From assembly GCF_009914755.1 (NCBI RefSeq), contig NC_060930.1: a stretch of DNA of 64,000 bases. The stretch is one strand, 5' to 3'. Position 1 is the first letter of the stretch. Each line of letters starts with the position of its first letter. Source of the DNA: the human T2T-CHM13v2.0 reference genome, Homo sapiens. A program made the position numbers and the translations under genes. Positions 1 to 13,569 of the stretch are shown here, piece by piece. Under the pieces are notes generated by a model. That model was not told where the DNA came from, did not search any database, and worked only from the letters and a program-made list of their open reading frames with translations.

Positions 1-495
<495 letters not shown>

Positions 496-643
496 TAGAT
501 TAAACACCCCTAGATTTTTTTATCTACCGTCTGAGAAACTGATGCAAGCCAGCCAGGCTTAGAGCTCACCATCTAAGTAAAGCTTTCCATAGGCCTGCAG
601 AACTGTCAACAGACACATAGTGGTTTTCCGCAAAGGGCTGATG

Positions 644-990
644 TGTAGTGAAGAATTAATTTCACCCAAGGAGAGGCCTGGCCTTTGCCTTCAGCTACTG
701 GGAGGTATCTCTAGACACTTGGAACACCATGCCTAATAGGAGTGTCTTTGTTTGCCTGGGGCTCTGGTTACCTGAACAGTCTAACAATGTGATTTGTGAT
801 CAGAGATCTAGGCCACGTGGTATCATTTCCACCTCCAAATGTCAGCCACATGGGCAGCATGTGATGGAGTACCAGTAAAAACTCTGGCTCACCAAAGGCT
901 TGGGTGAGCTTCCCTGGTTGGCAGTACCCCATGTGTACTGTCACTTGTCAGTGTCAGCAAAGTAATGCTGCCCATGACTTCCTCGGGAGT
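644..990 (+). mobile_element. MER21-like LTR fragment
   Basis: Starts TGTAGTGAAGAATT...GAGAGGCCTGGCCTTTGCC...GGAGTGTCTTTGTTTGCCTGGGG, like MER21. Confidence 0.6.
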
Positions 991-1069
991 ATTTTCCTGT
1001 CTAGTTAATCCCCACTCAAATTCACCCCTCTGCTCGGACCATGTTTCTTGGTTCATGTCCCCATCTCCA

Positions 1070-1215
1070 CCCCTAGGCACAAAATTTAAAGGGCACAAAA
1101 TTTAAAGAGGCCTCACTTTCAGGGCTGACCCCACATTTGCATGACCCTGAGAATGAGCACCTCCTTATCATTTGTGTCCTCAGCCCTTGCTTGCCTCACC
1201 CTGGTCCCAGCCCTG
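1070..1215. mobile_element. MER96-like hAT MITE, with a local duplication of GGCACAAAATTTAAAG
   Basis: Ends GCTTGCCTCACCCTGGTCCCAGCCCTG; internal palindromic arms. Confidence 0.5.
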
Positions 1216-1359
1216 AATTCCAGTCTCCTGGCCCCTCCCCTCCTCTCCCTGCTGATCCTCAGGACTTTTAGCCATAATCACATCTTGCCTTTTTAGAAAC
1301 ACTCCATTCACACTCATGGCCTCCTAGACTTCTTCCCATGAGAAGCAGTTTCTTCCAGA

Positions 1360-2135
1360 CTGCAGGTTTCAAACATATTATTCTGCCTGCCTGGAATACC
1401 ACCCCACCTCTCACCAACCTAAAATCCTCATGACTAATTCCTCCTCAGTCCTCTGTGCTCAGCTTAAATATCACCTGTGCTGATACTTACTCCTAATTCC
1501 CCCAGAGTAAGTCAGATGCCCTGTTACATACTCTTGAAAAGCATTGTATCACAGTTGCAACTAATTATTTGTGTCATTATTTGGTAGATGGCCATCAGGC
1601 TACATGTTATGTAAAGCTAGGTATACCAGTCAGACTGGAAGGAAACACATGGTGTATTTTAATGGGGTAATTGATTTGAGAGTTTGAGGCACCCCAGGGG
1701 TAGCAAGAGTGTGAAGCCATTACTTCTCCAAGGCTTGAAGGGGAAAGAAGAGAGAGTGGTTCCTAGAAACTAGGGAGATCTGTGGGTATTCTAGGAGAAA
1801 TAGCAGCTGTGGCCTTGGGAAGAGGAACGCAGACCCTGCCAGCCTACAGAGCAGCAGGGAAGAAACGAGGGGGATAAATGTCTCAGCCTCTATGGCTAAA
1901 CCCAACTAGATACAAGAAGGCAGGAAGCTCAGGTGATGCAGTTCATACCGTTCACCCTTCGGGGCACAGGGCAGGGTGGAGGAGGATGGAGAAAAAACCT
2001 GGAGGGATAAATTAAGATATCTATCCTGGCAGGGACCATGTCCATCTTGCTCACCCCTGAATCTCTGGTGTGTAGCTCAGTTCCTACCATGGAGAAGGCT
2101 CTTAAGAAATATTGGTGCTGAACAAAGGAATGAAT
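1360..2135 (+). mobile_element. L2 3' fragment split by the LTR33-like insertion (pieces ~1360-1620 and ~2020-2135)
   Basis: CTGCCTGGAATA...CTCAGCTTAAATATCACC, then GGCAGGGACCATGT...AAATATTGGTGCTGAACAAAGGAATGAAT. Confidence 0.6.
1622..2015 (-). mobile_element. LTR33-like ERVL LTR
   Basis: Reverse strand CCACCCTGCCCTGTGCCCC...GAACTGCATCACC; similar to the copy at 20637-21080. Confidence 0.55.
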
Positions 2136-3569
2136 CTCTCCCTCACCTACATCCCAGAGGTACAGTAAGATCAAATGAGATCAAGTGCATGAGAGTATTC
2201 TGTGAATCATAAAAGAGTAAACAAATAGAAAAAAGTATTATTCTGATTCTTCTTCCTATTGTGGAGTCAGTTTCTAAAAGAGAACCACAGCTTCTAGAAG
2301 GAACCACCTGGCTACATTTAATTTCTTAGCTGGCTAGAGCACCAGCCACCAAGGGCTCTGTTGGCTTGAGCACCTGACCTGAAGGTCTTCTTGGAGGGGT
2401 AGCTCTTAGTAAGGGTGCATCTATACCATAAAGGTACTTTATTTTTAATTTATTGAGTTAAAAATAAAATAATGACATTTTCTGGCAGCAAAATTCTCTC
2501 TGTCATACCTTGGGACTAAAGGTTTATTTCAACTTTATTAAAACATATTAGATACATTGAAGAGTCATGCTCTCCAGCCAGCTGACAGAGCCACTGCATC
2601 CCAGTAGATGTTTTGGTTTTGTATTAAGAAAGTTGTCACAAGTAATTTGGACTGCAGCGTGTAGTCATAGACTGCCAAATGTTGATTAATTAAGTCGATG
2701 TTTGGATTAGTTCAGCGTGATCATTGCATTAGGGGAGATGACAGAAAATGTGGAATAAAATATCAAGGGGGAATGAGAAAGCATCATGCCATAAGTGAGA
2801 CCTAAGACAATAACGCCCACCCTGTATTCATTAGGATTTGCATGTTTGTGCATGTGTATGTGTGTTTTCAAGTATTCCAGCAATGGATGGATCCATGGCT
2901 GTAAGAATTATAAATAATTAATGTGAATTCTTCTCCTGGTATCCGCTCCTTTTCTGTCCTCGCCTTTGGGCTTGACGTCTCTCTGCAATGACTTCCCCAA
3001 GTCAAATTTCCAAATGTTCATTGAGCTTTTAGCCTTGAGTTGGAGGACCCCCAGCCACACTGGGGTGACCATTTATGGGACCTTGAGGAACAGCCAGGTA
3101 AAGACTGACAGGGAAAGCTGGGGGTTGACTTCATTCAGCCACCCAGAACCTGGCAGAAATGCCAGATGAAAGGCAAGATTCTCAGAGAGGCAGGAAGATG
3201 CTTTTCCCAACCTCAAGGGAGCCAATATTGATGAAAACGTGAGTCTACCTCAAACACGATGTGCTTTTAAGAAACTGTATTTTTGCTAATACATAACTCA
3301 AATAATGAGAGGCTTGGACATTTTTAGGAGTTTGTATAGATGCATATGGTTTTTACCTTCATAAATTCATTCAAACATTAAACATTAATGTTCAGCCCTG
3401 AGCTGTTCAATTCACAAGAGGGACAAAAGACACAGTCTTTGCTCTTAAAAGATTTAGGATCTGTATGGGAAGGTGAGTTTCCTGTGTTACGTCTTTCTAG
3501 CCCCACATGTCCAGCCAGCATGCCCTGTATCTTTCAACCATATTGTACTTGTTAAAAATTCCTTAACTG

Positions 3570-3950
3570 CATCATGTTCTCTCTCATTGCCAAGATGTTG
3601 CCATGCTGTTCGTGCTGCCTAGAATATTGTTCTCTCAACCCCATCATCCCATCGCCAATTCTTCAGATAATTCCTGCTCGTCATTCAGGTTCCAGCTTAG
3701 CTTAAATGTCATTTCTTCCAGGAAGCCTTCATTAATCGTGGACACTCAGACTAGGTAAGAAGCCCTCATTCTATGCTCCAGAGTATCCTGTGCTTCCCTA
3801 ATCATAGGACCCATCACATCATATTGTTACTTCTTCTTTAATTGCTCATCTTCTCCTCTTTATCATAAGCATGGGGAAGAGAGGGCATTTGTCTAGCTTG
3901 TAACATCCTCAGTGCTTAGTACAACATGTAATAGGCTTAATAAATGAAGA
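3570..3950 (+). mobile_element. L2 3' fragment
   Basis: GCTTAAATGTCATTTCTTCCAGGAAGCCTTC ... TAGGCTTAATAAATG. Confidence 0.65.
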
Positions 3951-4162
3951 GAAAGAATAGAAAGAACATGAGCCAAGAATCTAGATTATTTCTACCAATG
4001 AGAGTGATGGGAACCCTGGCAAGCCACCGCCCATCCTCAACACCCATTCTCTCATCTGCAGAAAAGGAATAATAGATTTGATGGCCATCTGGCACCCACT
4101 AGTGTCCAAGATTGATGTCTGGGCTGATGTAGTTAGCCAAGTGGGAGTCCCATCCCCACTCA

Positions 4163-4621
<459 letters not shown>

Positions 4622-4795
4622 TCAACTGTCAAGCAATACCAGGAGAGAATGGTTGTTACATTAGTGAGACAACTGATGGATACATATTTTGATGGCTTAC
4701 AACAATCAGTGGCCAGATGAATAAAATTCTGCTCTGGCGTGAAGAGGATTTACTCTGACATGCGGTATAGCTAGCCAGCTAAGTAGAGAGAGACA

Positions 4796-4892
4796 CAGAC
4801 GGTCCCCGACCTACTATAGTTTGACTTAGAATTTTTTTATTTTACAGTGGGTTTATTGGGACATAAACCCATCCTAAGCCGAGGAGCATCTG
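4796..4892 (-). mobile_element. Short MER47/Tigger5-type MITE
   Basis: Termini CAGACGGTCCCCGAC...CGAGGAGCATCTG, followed by TA. Confidence 0.7.
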
Positions 4893-6138
4893 TATAGATA
4901 TAGATTTAGGCTAAGGGAATCTGCAACACTTGTTAGCAGCATGTAGGAAGTTAGTTGGATATGGCTTTCCTGGGTATGAAACTTGGACTTCAGTCTCACA
5001 CATGCACAAAAAAGCTAATCATCTTCCCTTCTCTCCCTGCCCCAGTTATTTTCATTTTTTCCCATCCAAGAGGACTTTGATGACACCTCTGTGGAGGCCT
5101 TCACTTAAGGGAGATAGGACCCCTTGCCTTGAGAGTGGGTTCCTTCACATCTCACCTGTCCCCCTTGCTGGTCTCTGGACCACTCTTCCTCACTCACATT
5201 CTAACAACTGCCTATTCCTTCCTTCATCTCCTAGGGAAGTCCAGTTGGCTTATTCCTGTCCCAGAGTGCATTCTTCTGCAGGGTTTTGTCAGGAGAACTG
5301 GGAGGAATGGGGAGGTTAAGGACTGAAGCTTCTACCCAGCCTCACTAGCTGTAAAAGCAGTCAGAGAACAGTGCCCTCCACCTCCACATTCTCCTTCCAT
5401 GATTCCTCAGGAGCCCCACCTCCCTCTACAGTTTTCAATAGGAAAAAAATTCCACCCATTGAAGCTGGTTGATAACATAGCAAATTCTGATTGAAAGGAA
5501 AAATAAAGACATAACAAAAGTGGAACATAGTATAAATTCCCTGCAAGGTCTAAAAGTCCGCCAGGCACAAAAGCTGACAAAAAGAGCTTATGCAGAAAGC
5601 CAGCCCCTTTCCCTATTCTCCCTTGAACTTGCCTCCTCTGCAGGAGGAGCAAGCAAACACTACTCACTACTTTTCTCTGCATGATTTTACTTCCATTTCA
5701 TACAAATTTTAAAAAGTTGCTTAACATGCCTGGAGGTAAGTAGATGTATCCTTCTGGCCCATCTACCCTTGACCAAGGCTAGCAGAGGAGAAAAGCCTCC
5801 TTCTGCACCCTGGAAAGTGACTCTGGCTTGGTGAGATGGGAAACTTGGTTAAACTCGGATAGTTCATGAGCATGCTATAAACTAATACCTGAAAGGACCC
5901 GCACAGCAAAAGGTAAATAAGGGCCCCTGAGTTTGCTGCAACTTCACCAAGTGCCTTCTGAATAATGGAAGAAAGAACAGATTTGGTACAAAGCATGTCT
6001 ATCCATAACAAAAGGTAAGCATAGATGTGGGGATAGCTTTACTAGCTATGTAGCAGCGTAAGATGAAGACAGGTGCATGGGCTTTGGAGTCAGACAGAAC
6101 AGGGTTTGAATTCTGACTCCCTTACCTTGCAAAGTGAC

Positions 6139-6500
6139 TGTCTTAGATTGAGTTCCCCAGAACTAGAGCTTGATTCAAGGATCTGAGGATTATATGGAGA
6201 TGATCCTAGAGAGAACTCATAGCAGAGTGGGAAAGTGAAACAAGGAAGGGAAGAAACCCATAGAAGGTAGGTTAAAGAGCAGGTTACCACTGTGGGGTCA
6301 ATGTCAGGAGAACCTTTTGGAGACTGTGTAATTCATGCCTCAGAGTTGTCTTCCAGCAAGGTGAGAAAGTTGTGATATTTATCTACCAATCCCCACTGTT
6401 TATTCATTGTAGGCTGCTCCCAAGTATGCTACCTGCACCCAGGTTAAGTGGGCTTTCTCACAAAAAGTTTACAGTAGAAAGCTGTCAGTGCATAAAAGAG
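6139..6500 (-). mobile_element. LTR16-like ERVL LTR, preceded by a MIR head at ~6075-6138
   Basis: TGTCTTAGATTGAGTTCCCCAGAA...GAGCAGGTTACCACTGTGGG...CCTCAGAGTTG. Confidence 0.6.
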
Positions 6501-6859
6501 AGGCATGATGGCATTCAATATACCTTTGCATAACTTAAAAATGCAGATACCTTTAAATGAAGTAGAAGAAGCAGAGAATCATCATGCACATTGTGATTGA
6601 AAAGTCTTAAGCTTACTGCAGAGGGTTTCTTTAAGAGGGGACAGACTTCAGGATCTGGTTTCCACAACCCATATCCCTCAATAGACAACCCAAAGCCTGA
6701 GCATCTTGGGACCTCCTCAAGCCCTTGCCTCAAGCAAGGACTTGGAATTCATTAGGAGATTTCATCTCAGCAGCCCCAATATACAAAGTCAGTTCATACG
6801 TACCCAGTCTTAGCATCTCCCTTCCCAAAAAACTACATGCGCTTTGACTGGGAAACAAG

Positions 6860-7030
6860 CAGTAAGGCAGAGCTGGATCTGGGTCTACCAGATGACCCAC
6901 CAACTGTGTGGTCTCAGAGGTGTCATTTAACTTCTTTGGTCTCATTTCTAGTCCTATAATAATTGACCCAGACTTCTCAGAGGCACAGGGAGGATTAACT
7001 TAAGGAGGTAATCCATGTGAATGCAGATCA
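6860..7030 (+). mobile_element. MIR
   Basis: Core CTGTGTGGTCTCAG..GTCATTTAACTTCTTTGGTCTCATTTC. Confidence 0.6.
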
Positions 7031-7481
7031 GCCTGTCTTCCCTCTCTGCACCTCCAACTTACCCTTACAGGGCCCAGAGCACACCGCCAGGTTCTTAGCA
7101 ACCTTCAACTTCTACGTAGATTTGTGACACCCTCAAGGACAGGGAAATTCCAGCCCTGGCCCTGGGCCAAGAGACATCGCCATTGCCCAAAATTGGTGTA
7201 TCCCTTCTCTCTGTGAAGCTAAGATGTGGTCCTAAAAGCCAGCCAATGTGGTAGGCAGGGGCAGGCCGTGTTGTGGGGAGGCCCTCAGGCACTCAGGCTG
7301 GGTTTTGTTGCCTCATTCAGATACCCTGGTCCTATCCTGCCAAGAATCATGCATCACTCTTTTCCGTGGCTGTTAAAATTGGCTCTGTTGCATTTGTGAT
7401 TCTACAGCAGGAAACTATAATCAAATCAAGGAAGAAAACTCCAAAAGAGAATGGTCTCTCCCTCTCCCTTTCTCTTTCTTT

Positions 7482-7514
<33 letters not shown>

Positions 7515-7521
7515 CACACAT
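7482..7521. repeat. (CA)n microsatellite
   Basis: Seen directly. Confidence 0.95.
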
Positions 7522-7803
7522 ACCACTCAGGGAGAATCAGAAAGGAAGGCAATAGCAGATATAAAAATGCAGAGAGAAAAAAAATGGAGATAAAAGGAAA
7601 TAGAAACAAAAAGAGACACACAGGCTCTCTGCAGTGCGGAGGCCTGGTAGGACAGGAAGTCGAGGAGGGGAGGTGTGGAGGTGTGAGATTCTCAGAGGGA
7701 GAGAGTGGAGGAGGCGGCCAGCCATGCAGGAAAGAGAGGCAGCCATGAAGAGATTGTGTTCAGGCTGCAATGTTTAAGATCCTAAATAATAGTAATGACA
7801 TAG

Positions 7804-7846
7804 TGTGCACGTGCATGTGTGCATGCATGTGTGTGTGTGTGTGTAC
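7804..7846. repeat. Imperfect (TG)n / alternating purine-pyrimidine tract
   Basis: Seen directly. Confidence 0.85.
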
Positions 7847-8249
7847 ACCTCTGGGTGTGTGCTCATGAGCATTAATGGCACAGAAACAGAGCACAGGCAC
7901 AAAGGCAGGAAGCAGATGGCCTGGGAAAAATCCAAGGGGCTTTTGAGGGCGCTTATTATCCCAGGCAGAGCCTTGCCTGCTTCTCTGAAGGCACATAATC
8001 AATACTTCCTGAATAATGTTGAACGGTGCAATCCAGTCCTTTACCAAGAGGGTGGATCACAGGTGGGACAGTAAATGCAGACATGGCCCTCCTACCCACT
8101 TTTCCTACTTTACTACCACACCTGCAAAGCCAATCAATAATGAAAAAGTGCCAAGTTGCTGGCCTAGAGCCCTGGGGCTCAGATCCACACATCTCACTTG
8201 GAAGTGCGACTTTCTTTCCTTTCTCTGAGTTAAAATGATGTGTTCAGAT

Positions 8250-8372
8250 CCTCACTCCCCTGCTAGACTGAAGGCACCCTGAGGGCATGCCACATTTATT
8301 ATTTATCTTTGTTTCACCACAGTGCCCAGCACAGTACCAGGTGCTCAATATATGCTTGTTAAATAAATGAAC
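8250..8372 (+). mobile_element. L2 3' end
   Basis: GCTAGACTGAAG...CAGTGCCCAGCACAGTACC...GCTCAATA..TGTTAAATAAATGAA. Confidence 0.7.
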
Positions 8373-8724
8373 TGTATGGCGGTAGCTGTCATATGTCCCA
8401 GGGCACAAAAATGGTCTACAGAGCAAGATTTGACAGGGTGCCACACACACCCAACAACATGCTGTGCTTGTTTTTCCTCCCTCGCTCCCTCTCTTCTCTC
8501 CCTTTCTTCCTCCCTTCACCAGGATTGATCAAGCCCCTATTCCAAACCAAGAACTGTGCCAGATGATACCTAGCTAAAAGAGACTGAGGCTGAAAGAAAT
8601 GCGTGCCCTTGGGTCCCTTGATGTTCTGTGTCCACTTAGGGACATCATGCCTTTGGAGGGCATGAAAGAGCATGGATGAGTCCAATATGTATCTAGGGTC
8701 AGATGAAAGAGGTTACATCTCCTA

Positions 8725-8950
8725 CAGGTTGAGTATTCCTTTTCCAAAATGCTTGGGATAGCAGCGTTTCACATTTCAGATTTTTTCAGATGTTGGAATA
8801 TTTGCATTATACTTACCAGTGAGTGTCTGTAATCTGACAATCTGAAATTAAAAATGCTCTACTGAGTATTTTCTTTGAGCATCATGTCAATGCTCCAAAA
8901 ATTTAGAATTTTGGAGCATTTCAGATTTTCAGATTAGGGATACTCAACCT
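8725..8950. mobile_element. Tigger4a/MER46A-type MITE
   Basis: TA-CAGGTTGAGTATTCCT ... AGGGATACTCAACCT terminal inverted repeats. Confidence 0.85.
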
Positions 8951-9681
8951 AAAATATGTAAAAGACAAGGCTGGGTACGAAGCTTCAAGTTCCTGAGTAA
9001 TCTTGGGGTAAAATTTACTAACTGGATGTTTTCAATTTTCCTGAAAAAAGAAAGACTGAAGGAAGAAAGCAAGGAAAGGAGAAAAGGAGAGAGGATGGAG
9101 GCAAGAAGAAACTGATATTACCAAAGAGGGTCAAGGGTAAGTTTGGAAGAACTCCCCAAGAGCAAGGACACTGATTACCCAACACTTCCACCTTCCAGGC
9201 CTTTTGTGCCCTATCCCATTTACCCTCCACAACAGCAGTGAGGGAGGTACTGTTATGAGGAGGCCCTTTTGCTAATACAGAAACAGGTCTAGGCGGTTCC
9301 AGGAGGGTCCCTGGGTGTGGATCTGAGAGTCTGATTTGGGATTTCTCAACAAAGAGGGATTCGGTGCACACCACCAGGGGCACCAAGTGGTGATGATGAT
9401 TCAGTCCTGCAGATTGTCCCAGCCTGGTCGGTCTCCTTTCATCCCAGAGGGGAAGGAGTCTGCAGTGGCCTGTAAAATGCAACAGATGCTAAGAATTTTC
9501 CTTTTGCAGCTTAAGAGAGCCACTCCCTCCTATCTTCCTCACACCCAGCCGGCTCCCAGGTCACAGAGCCAATTCATCTAAGATGTCACTGCTGGTAACC
9601 AAGCAGGAAGCTGATAGAAGCCTACTGCTGGGGCGTTTAATCTTGCAAAGTAGTGTCAAGCAGGCATGTCTCAGGATGCTG

Positions 9682-9692
9682 TGACTCAGCAT
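9682..9692 (+). promoter_or_regulatory. ARE / NF-E2 (AP-1-containing) motif GTGACTCAGCA
   Basis: Exact match to RTGACTCAGCA; function not shown. Confidence 0.3.
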
Positions 9693-10029
9693 GAGTTCTG
9701 CCCTTCAGGTTTTCATCCTTGGGAAGTCTCAGCCTGTGGGGCCAGGTAGAGCAGGGCAGAGACAAGCAGAAAACCAGCATCTGCCACCTGGTCTCCAAGC
9801 CGTGTCCCTCACTCACAGTGGCCCTCAGCTGAGTTATCTCCCCAAAACCAAACCACTTATAGTCACTTCATTTTCTGTGTCCAGAATGGGTTGTCCTAAA
9901 TGTCCCAGTGGCTTGGCTTGTCATCCAGGTCTCACACCATCCAGCCCCGCCTTACAGGACAGGATTATCCTCCCTACTGACAGCTATCCCTTCTCAAGAC
10001 CAACTCATCTATTCTGATTCCTAAAAGTA

Positions 10030-10180
10030 CAGGCCCTGGCATCTGAGAAACCTGATTCTGCCACTAACTACATAGGACCCTAAGCATGTCACTTACCCAT
10101 CAGTTTCTCATCTTTAAAATGAGCTCATCGTCATCATAACTATCTCACATGGTGGATGTAAGGACAAAATAAGATACGGC
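10030..10180 (+). mobile_element. MIR
   Basis: TCTGCCACTAACTAC...CAGTTTCTCATCTTTAAAATG. Confidence 0.65.
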
Positions 10181-10226
10181 CTTGAACTGCCTACTCGGTG
10201 CTGAGGTTTGACACCAATAGATTTGT

Positions 10227-10650
10227 GTGGTCAGCTAAATAATGCCCCCCAAAGATGCCCACATCCTGATCCTTAGGACCTGCAAAGAGACTTTGCAGAT
10301 GTGATTAAATTAAGGGTCTTGAGATGGGGAGATGATCCTGGATTGTCTGAGTGGCCCAATGTGATCACAAGCATCTTTATAAGAATGAGGCAGGAGGATC
10401 CATTGGAGAAGGAGATGTGATGATGGAAGCAGAGGTCAGAGTTGTGAAGAAGAGTCCAGGAGCCACAGCATAATCTTCCTCTAGAAACTTGAAAAGCCAA
10501 AGAAAGCCAGTTTCTTTCAGAGACTCCAGAAGGAACAAAACCAGCAGACACCTGAATTTCAGACATCTACCTTCTAGAGCTGTCAGGTAATAAACTGTGC
10601 TCTTTGAAGTCACCAAGTTTGTGGTGACTGCACCAGTAGGAAACTAACAT
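10227..10650 (+). mobile_element. MLT1D-like MaLR LTR
   Basis: TGTGGTCAGCTAAATAATGCCCCCCAAAGATG...GACTTTGCAGATGTGATTAAATTAAGG...GGAAACTAA. Confidence 0.8.
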
Positions 10651-10809
10651 AATACAGACATTTGGCTTCCCTCCTTCATATCAGTACTACTAGACTGTAG
10701 GGCTCATGTGTCACAGTTCTCTGAAACTCTCACAGTTCTACCGCAATGCCCCACACAGAATATCCTGCTAGAGATTGCCTAAAAGGCAGGAGAGCAAGTT
10801 GCGTGCTCT

Positions 10810-10935
10810 GAGTTTGGAGGCAGATGATCTAGGTTTGATCCCAGGTCTTCTATGCACTCAATGTGATCTTGGGTAAATCATACCAACTACTTGAGCCCCA
10901 GTTTCTTTTTCAATAAATGGGATAATGATATGAGT
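10810..10935 (+). mobile_element. MIR, followed by a 16-bp tandem duplication TTCTCCAAAATGCATG x2 (10935-10966)
   Basis: TGTGATCTTGGGTAAATC...GAGCCCCAGTTTC. Confidence 0.65.
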
Positions 10936-12599
10936 TCTCCAAAATGCATGTTCTCCAAAATGCATGTCTTGTTCATTTTCCTTTTAATTTCAGGAAGTAC
11001 ATCCATGTTCAGGTGTGTCTCCAAGTGTGTTTTCACTTTTCACAGTAACTTGATGATGGGTCTGACTCAGTATGAATATAAAAATCCTGCTTTTTCTCCC
11101 AGTTGGCTGCTGAGGACATTGAGTCTTCATTTGACACCTGGGACCCTATTTACTCATTCACAAAGCAAGGGGAAAAATAAAAATCGAAGAGATGGATGTG
11201 AATGGTTTCTAAGGGATCCATCATTCCTTTGCTTAATCGCTGAAGGCTTACGAAGCATTGAAGCTATAGAATAAACCCCAAATGGCCCTACTCTTAAGGT
11301 GTTTCCTGTCCATTTGGGATAGATAGGGAAACATCTCTACAGTTCCACGGGGTTCATGGTGTGACATACATGGAACACACCAGGTTCATAGTGCACATAA
11401 ATTGAATATTCTGCAAAGAAATAAAAACATCAGGCTCTTGGGGATGGAAGGTGATGAGGGAAAGGCCTTCTAGGGTTCACCTCGTGCTTTCCCTGGCACC
11501 ACAAAAAGATAAGAGAGTTCTCCCTTCTCTGCAGATCTCTAGGAAAAGATTGGATGGTGGTTCCATGAGTAGTTTTCTAATGACAAACTCCCAGAACATT
11601 CCTAGGGTCTGACCAACGTTTCTTGATGACAAAACTCCTTTTCAGTATGAAGTTGTCTATTCTGTTCAGAAAGTTATTTTGGAAGGTCAGATTAGAAAGC
11701 AGATGGAGCAGGGAGTGCTGAGCAGTCACAGATAGGAAAACTAGGTGGGGTTTCAGGGAGCAAATGGCATCTGAAACTTTGCTCTTAGGACCACTCTGAG
11801 TACACCCAGGTATGCCCCAACAGAGGCATCATGGTCAGAACCACCCTCTGATTGCCTCCCAGAAAGAACCTACCTTTCAAAAAATGGCCTTCATTCCCTG
11901 CCTTCCTGTCCTTGGCTCTGGAGTCCGTGAAGAGTGCAGCAAAGTTTCCCCAGGGCAAGGCGTCCTAGAGGACCCGGCCTTCTCCCACTCCGGCTCACGG
12001 CGAAGTTTCCCAGGGTACAGCCAGAGAGAGACAGTAGTAGGCTTGCCTTTAATCATTTTCCAACTTGCAGGCAGTGACAATTCTAGCTAGGGATGAGCAG
12101 GCACATTAAAGAGGAAAACACTCTGGTTCCTTAACAAGAGGGTAATGTACCTGTTTTCTATTTCTAACGAACAGCACCACAAGATCAAGCATTTGTCATG
12201 AATTAGGAGGCAAGAGGCCAGAGTTCTTGATCAACTCAAGAGTTAAGCCATTCCACATACCCAGTTGTGCCCCTCCATGTGTGCCAGGCACTGTGTTGGG
12301 CACGGGGGGTATGCAGATAGTAAGGTATAGTCCCTGCCTTCAGTGTGCAGCATAATGCAATCGTCTCTTTCTCTAACATTCCTGCCAAGTACAAGGGATA
12401 TAAACACAAGGAAAACATGATCCCTGCCTTTGAAGAGCTTATAACCTGGTTCATTCATTTAATAAACATTATTTGTGAGGTGCTAGGCTAGGCTTTGGGA
12501 ATCACAGCTAAATTAGACAGTTACTACCTTCAAGGAAGCTACATTCTCTTAATGCTAACTGAACTGCCCTTGCTGGGTTCCTGGATAGAATTTTGGCAT

Positions 12600-13490
12600 C
12601 TAGCATTTGGAATGCTAGAATCATCTGGTCCACCCTTCCATTCAGTGTGGGATGAGGGTGGCCACAGAAATCTTCTGGCCAATGAGATAAAACTGGAAGC
12701 TGTTGGATGGCTCTTCTGGGAAAGCTTGTGCAAAAGGGACAGACTCCATGAGCATGCCATCTGTCTGGCTTTAGACATTCGTCCTGTTTAGAAAGAGGTG
12801 TAACATTTGGAAATGCAGCAGCCCTGGATTGAATGAATGAATGAACAATGAGAAAGAAAGCCTCAAGCTAAGGTAGAGGGATGGAAAGACAGCAGGGGCC
12901 TGGGTTCCAGTGGTGCCCCTATTGAGGCAGCATGGAGCCACCATACAAGCCCTTGATGGCCTCTGCATCCATTACCTATTGCTGCATAATAAAGCACTCC
13001 AAACCTTAGTGGTTTAAAACAGCCAACATTTATTAATCACCAGTTCTGTAGTTAAGAAATCTGGGCACAGCTTAGCTGGGTGCCTCTGGCTCAGGGTTTC
13101 TCTCGAGGCTGCAGTTGTGCTGTCTGTCAAGGCTGCAGTCATCTCAACGCTTGACTGAGACTGAAGAATCTGCTGCCAAACTCACTTGGGTGGTTTCTTT
13201 CTGGCAGCCTCAGTTTCCCATGACAAGGGCCTCTCTGTGAGTTGCCTGAGCATGTTCATAGCATAGCAGCTGATGACCTAGGAGATAGCCATGGAGTATC
13301 CAGGTTAGAAGGCACAGCCTAATCCCAGAAATGACAGGCTGGCATCAATAAGAGGGGCTGGGGATCACTGAGAGTCATCATAGAGGCTGCCTACCACAGC
13401 CTCTGACCCCCAGATTTCTTGTTGCACAGCACAAAGAAATGCCTCTTTTATTTTAATCACTATTAACTGAGTGTTCTGCTACTTATAGTC
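12600..13490 (+). mobile_element. MLT1J/K-like LTR hosting a nested MLT1 element
   Basis: TTCTGGCCAATGAGATAAAACTGGAAG..CTTCTGGGAAAGCT; resumes after 13398. Confidence 0.5.
12965..13398 (-). mobile_element. MLT1F/H-like MaLR LTR (nested)
   Basis: ATTGCTGCATAATAAAGCACTCCAAACCTTAGTGGTTTAAAAC...GCTGCCTACCACA; 5-bp TSD GCCTC. Confidence 0.7.
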
Positions 13491-13569
13491 AAATGTTATA
13501 TAGTCTGGTAAAGTCATAACAATATTTGACTTATAGTCAAATGTTATATAGTCTGGTAAAGTCATAACA
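13481..13569. repeat. Perfect 41-bp direct duplication with a 7-nt spacer
   Basis: ACTTATAGTCAAATGTTATATAGTCTGGTAAAGTCATAACA at 13481 and 13529. Confidence 0.95.
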
